DNA from: a virus
Lineage: Duplodnaviria; Caudoviricetes
Length of the DNA: 51,450 nt
Reading direction: 5' to 3' (one strand)
IMG/VR virus record: IMGVR_UViG_3300031650_000002
Span: 1-51,450 of that record
The position numbers and the translations under genes are program-made. The notes under the pieces were generated by a model, which was not told the origin of the DNA, made no database searches, and saw only the letters and a list, made by a program, of their open reading frames with translations. This document shows, piece after piece, positions 46,443 through 51,450 of this stretch; position 1 is the first letter of the stretch, and each line of letters begins with the position of its first letter.

Positions 46443-46826
46443 CTACCTCTCGAATATTTCTAACTGACTTACCTTTTGTGGAAACATCTCATTGCAAGCC
46501 TTCAATACCGGATTGATTATCGCTAATTCTTTGATCGCCTTCTTGCGCATACGCTCCCGCCACTCTTTTGCTTCCTCGTGGGTAAAGGGGATAAAATATC
46601 CGCCTGGCTTATGCGGGGTGCTTAGGATCGGATAGCCTTCCCGTCGCAATTCCCTGATTGCCACGCGGACCGACCTATCGGTAATTCCATCATTGTGCCA
46701 GTAAAGATATTTATTGACTATCTCATATTGACTGATAGCGTTAAAAGCACCTACATGTTCTTTGATGATATTCCAAATATCCTGATTGTAAATTTGTTTG
46801 TGCCCTCTACAGACATGATTTGTCAT
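46443..46826 (-). CDS. winged-HTH protein
   Basis: ITDRSVRVAIRELRREGYPILS...GGYF. Confidence 0.7.
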   Translation of the reverse strand: MTNHVCRGHKQIYNQDIWNIIKEHVGAFNAISQYEIVNKYLYWHNDGITDRSVRVAIRELRREGYPILSTPHKPGGYFIPFTHEEAKEWRERMRKKAIKELAIINPVLKACNEMFPQKVSQLEIFER

Positions 46827-46827
46827 T

Positions 46828-47175
46828 TTAATTAACCCCTCTTAAATCTTTTTCTAAAACATAATCAGTTTTGCCCATAGTATAGGCAACCAAATAAGCA
46901 AATCCATATTCTTGTCTTTTTATTTTTATCCATTCGGCCCCAGGTTCTAAGAAATCCCCTTCTTCTCTTACTGCTTCGAATATTGTATAAAAGACTAACT
47001 TTCTTCTGCCTACGACATAGCCATTAATTTCTTTATCTAGATAAACAAGTTCCCTTCTTTTCAGATGTTTTTCCTCATATTCCTTAAAATCGTCAAACTC
47101 CCAATACTTTTGATCTATCTTTCTTTTTCTGGTTATTCTTCTATATCTTACTTTTTGACCTAATTTAAATTTCAT
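46828..47175 (-). CDS. hypothetical protein
   Basis: 115 aa, AAGGAG RBS. Confidence 0.65.
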   Translation of the reverse strand: MKFKLGQKVRYRRITRKRKIDQKYWEFDDFKEYEEKHLKRRELVYLDKEINGYVVGRRKLVFYTIFEAVREEGDFLEPGAEWIKIKRQEYGFAYLVAYTMGKTDYVLEKDLRGVN

Positions 47176-47187
47176 TTAATTAATCTC

Positions 47188-47231
47188 CTTTTTCTGGGGA
47201 CAGGTAAAATAGCCACAAAAACCTGCCCCCG
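47188..47231 (-). terminator. GC-rich hairpin
   Basis: GGGGACAGGT...ACCTGCCCCC stem; orientation uncertain. Confidence 0.4.
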
Positions 47232-47395
47232 ACACTTTAGTCATTCTTACATAAAGAAATATTAAACCACAATCAAAGGCATCATCTCCCCCTTTTTTAA
47301 TCAGCCCTGCCCCCCTGAAATATGGTCAAAGGAGCAGGGATCGGCAATCCGAAGAACCCTGGAGAGAAAGCCGGATCGCCGGGATTCACCCCTTT

Positions 47396-47602
47396 TTATT
47401 TATTAACCTCAATGGCTAATCGGTAGTACATAACCGGATCTTTACTTTTTACTTTCTTCTTGTCTATATCGGCAATCAAGTTCTTAAAATAATTCTCTAC
47501 TTCCATTAAATCTATCCTGGTATTATTGTGAATTTTAATTTCCCGGTCTTCCCTGATATCGTTTAATAGATCTGTTACCGCAAATAATTCTTTATAGGTC
47601 AT
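47396..47602 (-). CDS. hypothetical protein
   Basis: 68 aa, GAGGGGAG RBS. Confidence 0.55.
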   Translation of the reverse strand: MTYKELFAVTDLLNDIREDREIKIHNNTRIDLMEVENYFKNLIADIDKKKVKSKDPVMYYRLAIEVNK

Positions 47603-47778
47603 ATTTATAGTTCTCCCCTCTTTTTTTATAGTTTATTTATATAACTTTTATAGTTCCCCTATAATATCTTCCAGTTTATCCCTCGTTCTAAGCAAGCAAC
47701 TATAAGCTATTTCGGGTATTACGAGAATAAATATTGCCAAAACTATAATTACCCATTCGTAAATATTCTCTAATGTTT

Positions 47779-47997
47779 TCATCTTTTCTTCCAATCCTCT
47801 GGACATCCAAAATTAGCATTAGTAATACAAACTAAATGCCCATCATGATTCCAATCGTGTGGTCTGAAACAATTTCTTTTAAAACATTTTATTTCATTTA
47901 TATTTATATCTTTCGCTTGGCTATAACCCCATTTATCTTTATATTTTTTACTCCACGCTCCGGTCCCGCCACAAAGATCAAGAATTATTTTTGACAT
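47779..47997 (-). pseudogene. DNA methyltransferase N-terminal remnant fused to an unrelated Cys/His tail
   Basis: KIILDLCGGTGAWS SAM-binding motif with no catalytic motif; only 72 aa. Confidence 0.5.
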
Positions 47998-48175
47998 CTA
48001 TGGTTTCCTTTTGAATCTTTTTATCATTTCTTCTTCTCATATATTTCAGCAGATCCAAAAGTTTGATGTCATTCTCTTTAGTAAATTCTCTTAATTCTTC
48101 TACAGATCTACGAAATTTAGTCTTATAAATCCCCCGTTTGTTCCTTTTGATCCGTTTATATACACCGCTTGTCAT
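47978..48175 (-). CDS. small basic hypothetical protein
   Basis: MTSGVYKR start similar to the NUMOD3 endonuclease start MPTGVYER. Confidence 0.5.
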   Translation of the reverse strand: MTSGVYKRIKRNKRGIYKTKFRRSVEELREFTKENDIKLLDLLKYMRRRNDKKIQKETIDVKNNS

Positions 48176-48350
48176 GGTTATCTTTTATCCCCAAATAATT
48201 TTTTCTTTATTTTATCCAGTAAAGTTAAAGCGCATTTCTTGTGATAAAGTCTATGATCATACATAATTATATCGTCTAAATTAAGGATCTTCTTCCCGCA
48301 CCGGAAGCATATCCAGGCAAGGCCTTCTTGCAGCTTATATTTTTTCATTT

Positions 48351-48683
48351 TTATTCTCCTTCATAGTGCATATATTCCAATTTTCCATTTTTATCTTTAT
48401 GACTTTTAGGATAAAAATGATTTTCATTTCCTAGGTCGTTTTTGAATATTATTATTTTGTATCCTAATTTTTTCATGAACTCAATATCTTTATCATCAAC
48501 ACCTATATAGCCCTTATTAATATTGTGTCCACAACAGCAACCATTCGTATTAATTTTTAATGACCATAAATATTTAATTTCGTCAGCTATACATTTATCA
48601 ATTCCCATCAACTCACCATTAGGTATTTTTAATGTAATTTGATTATCATAACTACCCATTTTAACGTTTACACAATCACACAT
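48351..48683 (-). CDS. Cys-rich hypothetical protein
   Basis: IDKCIADEI...TNGCCCGH motif. Confidence 0.65.
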   Translation of the reverse strand: MCDCVNVKMGSYDNQITLKIPNGELMGIDKCIADEIKYLWSLKINTNGCCCGHNINKGYIGVDDKDIEFMKKLGYKIIIFKNDLGNENHFYPKSHKDKNGKLEYMHYEGE

Positions 48684-48735
48684 TATTCAATTCCTTCAAT
48701 CACATAAACCTTTGTCAGTTTCCGACCCCACTCTT

Positions 48736-48951
48736 TATATTTTTAATGCTAATTGAAAAGATTTAATTAATTTATCTTTTTTAATACGATTTTCTTTCGC
48801 TGGTAATAATCTTAAATTTTTCAGATTCCAACAACACTTAAAATCAGTATCTTCTGTTTTAGTAAAATTAAAAATACTCTTCGGTATAATATGATCTATT
48901 TCAAGGTTACCTTCTAAATAATCATTCCAACAACACAGCTAACTTTTTCAT
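48736..48951 (-). pseudogene. truncated HNH endonuclease, paralogous to 1222..1641
   Basis: WNDYLEGNLEIDHIIP...FKCCWNLKNLRLLPAKENRIK with no N-terminal half; ends approximate. Confidence 0.6.
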
Positions 48952-49076
48952 TTTCTTTTTTTCACCTCCTCTCTTGTGGGGCCTGGCCCGGTTAAAGGGT
49001 CGATAAGTCATAATAATTAGGAGTTTATTACAACTTACAATAACCAAGCCAGGCCCGGTTTTTTACTTTTATCTTA

Positions 49077-50669
49077 TTAGTCCGGTATATCCTCGTCGCC
49101 GATTTCTTCATCTGGGAAAGGTGCGTCCTCATTGATTATTTCAAGTGGCTTTTGTTTATTAGGGATGTCCTGTACTTCCTCTTCTGATCTGATCTTCGCC
49201 ATTTTTATTATTTTTTCTACCGCTTCCGGCTTATCAAGTAAGGTCCGTTTCAACTCTTCAATCGGGCTTCCCGGTTCTTTAAAATCAGCCAAACAGGCAA
49301 AATAGGCAATCTCTCTCCAGGTAGCCAAATCTACTTCATTAAATCTTTTAAAGATTTTATCTAATTTTTCTTTATCCTCTTCGGTTGGTGGTTCCAGAGC
49401 TTTCATTAACCGGTTATATATATCTTGATTGGTAATTAATACCTTCCTGGCTAAATGTTCGCTAAGCATGGTTTTAAATATTCCCATATCTACGGCAAAT
49501 TTAACCAGCTTCTCAAAATTATCAATCCCAGACTTCTGGGCCTGTTTCGATATGGCCAGTAGGATTTTAGTTTCTTCTTTAACCTTCTCTTTATAGGTTT
49601 CTTTCGATTCCTGATAAGCTTTAAGTTTGCCCTTTCCTTCTTCTTGGTCCTTCTTTAACTGGGTTTTCTGGTCCTTTGATTTATCACTTTCTTTTTTCAG
49701 ATCCGGTTTTTCAGCTTCTTTTTGTTTTTCTTGATCTTTGGCCTCTTTCTCTTCCTCTTTTTTAATCTCTTTCTCGGGCTCCGGTTCTCCTATAACTGCA
49801 CCTTCTTTTTCACTGCCTGATTTTGGGTCCTCATCCGGTATATCTGGGATCTGATATATTCTTTTTTGCCCTAAGAATAAAGTTTGGCCTTCCCTAATCT
49901 TTTTTATTTCCGGAATAGGTAAATCCAATTCACAGGTTAAAGGCCAGTGCTTATCTTTTCTACCTTCGTGCTGGGTCTCCTTTTGCATTCGCCTTAACTT
50001 AAAAGGCAACATTGTAATACTGTTATATCGGTTAGTTATAGGATCTTTTAGTAGTTCTAAAGCCAGGTAAATCCCACTCTGGACATCAACCATAGTATTC
50101 CAGGAGCCGGAATCAATTACATAAATACCACCCATTGATATATCGGGGATAAAAAAGAAAAGGCTGGCCCGCTTACTACAGCCATCCTTTTGGCCAAACT
50201 TATCGCAGGGGCATTCCACTTCTTCAAAAACCCCTTTTTCGTTTGCCCTCATTGCCCTTTCTCCATTCCCCACACATTTGAGTCCCCTGGAGCTTCCATA
50301 CCATTTATAGGCTTGGGGAAACAGACCCCCGATATCCGGCAAACCATTTTCATCTAATCCGGATAAGGGGAATGCAATTTTTAATTCAGTGGGTTCTTCT
50401 CCGAACATTGTCTTAACTTCCTTAGGGCATACAAAGTAAGGGACATCTTTAGGGTGAAATGCCAATTCTCCATATTTATCTCTTGCCTGTAGGGGATCCC
50501 CATTCTGATCCTTCTTATATTTTCCATCCTTATCTTTTGCTATAGTAGGGACCTTTATCCCCAGCCGGATTTTGCCTTTCCAGGTTAATCTCCGGATACT
50601 GCTAATAGGATGTTCACCTACAATCTTAGTAAATCGTTTAAAAAAATTTGTGCCACCCGTATTATTCAT
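49077..50669 (-). CDS. recombination protein (Gp3-like/RDF family N-terminal domain) with charged C-terminal extension
   Basis: GKIRLG...PYF...KCVGNGE...CPC...GC pattern; follows the AAA ATPase; acidic tail. Confidence 0.6.
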   Translation of the reverse strand: MNNTGGTNFFKRFTKIVGEHPISSIRRLTWKGKIRLGIKVPTIAKDKDGKYKKDQNGDPLQARDKYGELAFHPKDVPYFVCPKEVKTMFGEEPTELKIAFPLSGLDENGLPDIGGLFPQAYKWYGSSRGLKCVGNGERAMRANEKGVFEEVECPCDKFGQKDGCSKRASLFFFIPDISMGGIYVIDSGSWNTMVDVQSGIYLALELLKDPITNRYNSITMLPFKLRRMQKETQHEGRKDKHWPLTCELDLPIPEIKKIREGQTLFLGQKRIYQIPDIPDEDPKSGSEKEGAVIGEPEPEKEIKKEEEKEAKDQEKQKEAEKPDLKKESDKSKDQKTQLKKDQEEGKGKLKAYQESKETYKEKVKEETKILLAISKQAQKSGIDNFEKLVKFAVDMGIFKTMLSEHLARKVLITNQDIYNRLMKALEPPTEEDKEKLDKIFKRFNEVDLATWREIAYFACLADFKEPGSPIEELKRTLLDKPEAVEKIIKMAKIRSEEEVQDIPNKQKPLEIINEDAPFPDEEIGDEDIPD

Positions 50670-50875
50670 TTAAAATTACCTCCTAAATTTTTTATTTTGC
50701 GGCCGTATTTATTTATCTTTACTTCGGCCCCAAATAATTTTTCATAATCGATTTGTTCTTTTGCTTTAAGCCATTTCATTTCTTCTTCTATGGTGGTATC
50801 GTTTTTTCTAGCCCGGTATTTAGCGATATTTTTAAGGCTCATTTTATTTACCTCCCGCTATATTATTTTTTCGCT

Positions 50876-51450
50876 TTAAAATGGAACATCATCATTTTTG
50901 GCTTCTTTTTCAGCTTTTACTTCGGCCTTTACTTTAGTCTTTACTTTAACCTCTCCGTTTTCTTGTTTTACTTCTCCTTCTTCGATATAAAACCCAATCA
51001 TCCCGGTATCATCCACTTCTTCGGCCCAGATTTGATATCCAAATTCATTAGCCATTTGGCGCACTGTTTCTTTGCTTTTGTTATCGAGTAAAGTCCAATC
51101 TGAAATTCTTAGAACTTTTAATTTTGGATTTAAGGCCATTCCAATTTTTACACAGATCTTTAAATGCTCGGAGTATGCTATCTGGGAAAACGGAGTATCA
51201 TCATAGGCTATACCATCTTCGGTTAGGCTTAGTTTCTGGTCCGGAATCTTATGCCAATTTTCTTTTAGGCCATCCACTTTAATTTTGGTTTGCTCGTCTA
51301 TTTCCTGAGTAAAATCGTTATACTCATTTTTGGCCTTGTTTTCTTTTCTGTCTGCTATCTTATTACGGTCCCGGGCTCTTATCTGCTCATTTATTTTTTG
51401 CGATTCAGTTAGTTTTTCTTTTAGGGAATCAACCGGTATTTTTTCGTGGG
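50876..51450 (-). CDS. SbcC/Rad50-like AAA ATPase, C-terminal part (enters from the window end)
   Basis: Frame is open to the window end (HEKIPVDSLKEKL...); degenerate signature FSQIAYSE and Walker B-like LKVLRISDWTLLD. Confidence 0.8.
   Translation of the reverse strand, partial: HEKIPVDSLKEKLTESQKINEQIRARDRNKIADRKENKAKNEYNDFTQEIDEQTKIKVDGLKENWHKIPDQKLSLTEDGIAYDDTPFSQIAYSEHLKICVKIGMALNPKLKVLRISDWTLLDNKSKETVRQMANEFGYQIWAEEVDDTGMIGFYIEEGEVKQENGEVKVKTKVKAEVKAEKEAKNDDVPF

Noticed and set aside
2418-51091. All plus-strand ORFs in the track (e.g. 3877..4299, 20290..20868, 24625..25125, 29406..29861)
   Set aside because: They are antisense shadows of minus-strand genes or RNAs, Ser/Phe/Leu-rich, with no RBS or recognisable motifs.
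1-51450. Alternative genetic code or an exact circular join
   Set aside because: Core genes are full length in code 11 and end in TAA, TAG and TGA; joining the ends directly breaks the ATPase frame.

Overview
Near-complete, circularly permuted ~51.5 kb genome of an AT-rich tailed (siphovirus-like) phage. Essentially all real genes are on the minus strand, and one SbcC/AAA ATPase gene is split across the two window ends. Read right to left, the order is: recombination/replication (lambda O-like initiator with iterons), a Com-like zinc finger, terminase and portal, a sugar-nucleotide/glycosyltransferase/DNA-methyltransferase cluster inside the head operon, head, tail, an RT-less DGR remnant (CLec-fold target plus truncated Avd), tail tip and fibre-like genes, lysis genes, a phosphoesterase, a non-coding RNA/palindrome region and a Cro-like HTH gene. 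I found no integrase, CI-type divergent repressor, reverse transcriptase or CRISPR array. Most notable: (1) three copies of a [boxA-like motif + tandem GAGNNCC Com-type site + intrinsic terminator] element, one overlapping the end of the Com-like gene, suggesting a Com-dependent late antitermination system; (2) a 98-nt tmRNA-like RNA with only the tRNA-like domain, followed by a candidate larger structured RNA split by an HNH gene; (3) a ~650-bp array of mutually unrelated palindromes; (4) a WbpA/B/E/D-like diacetamido-uronic acid pathway plus two glycosyltransferases among the virion genes. All protein calls come from motif recognition and gene order; no database searches were run.
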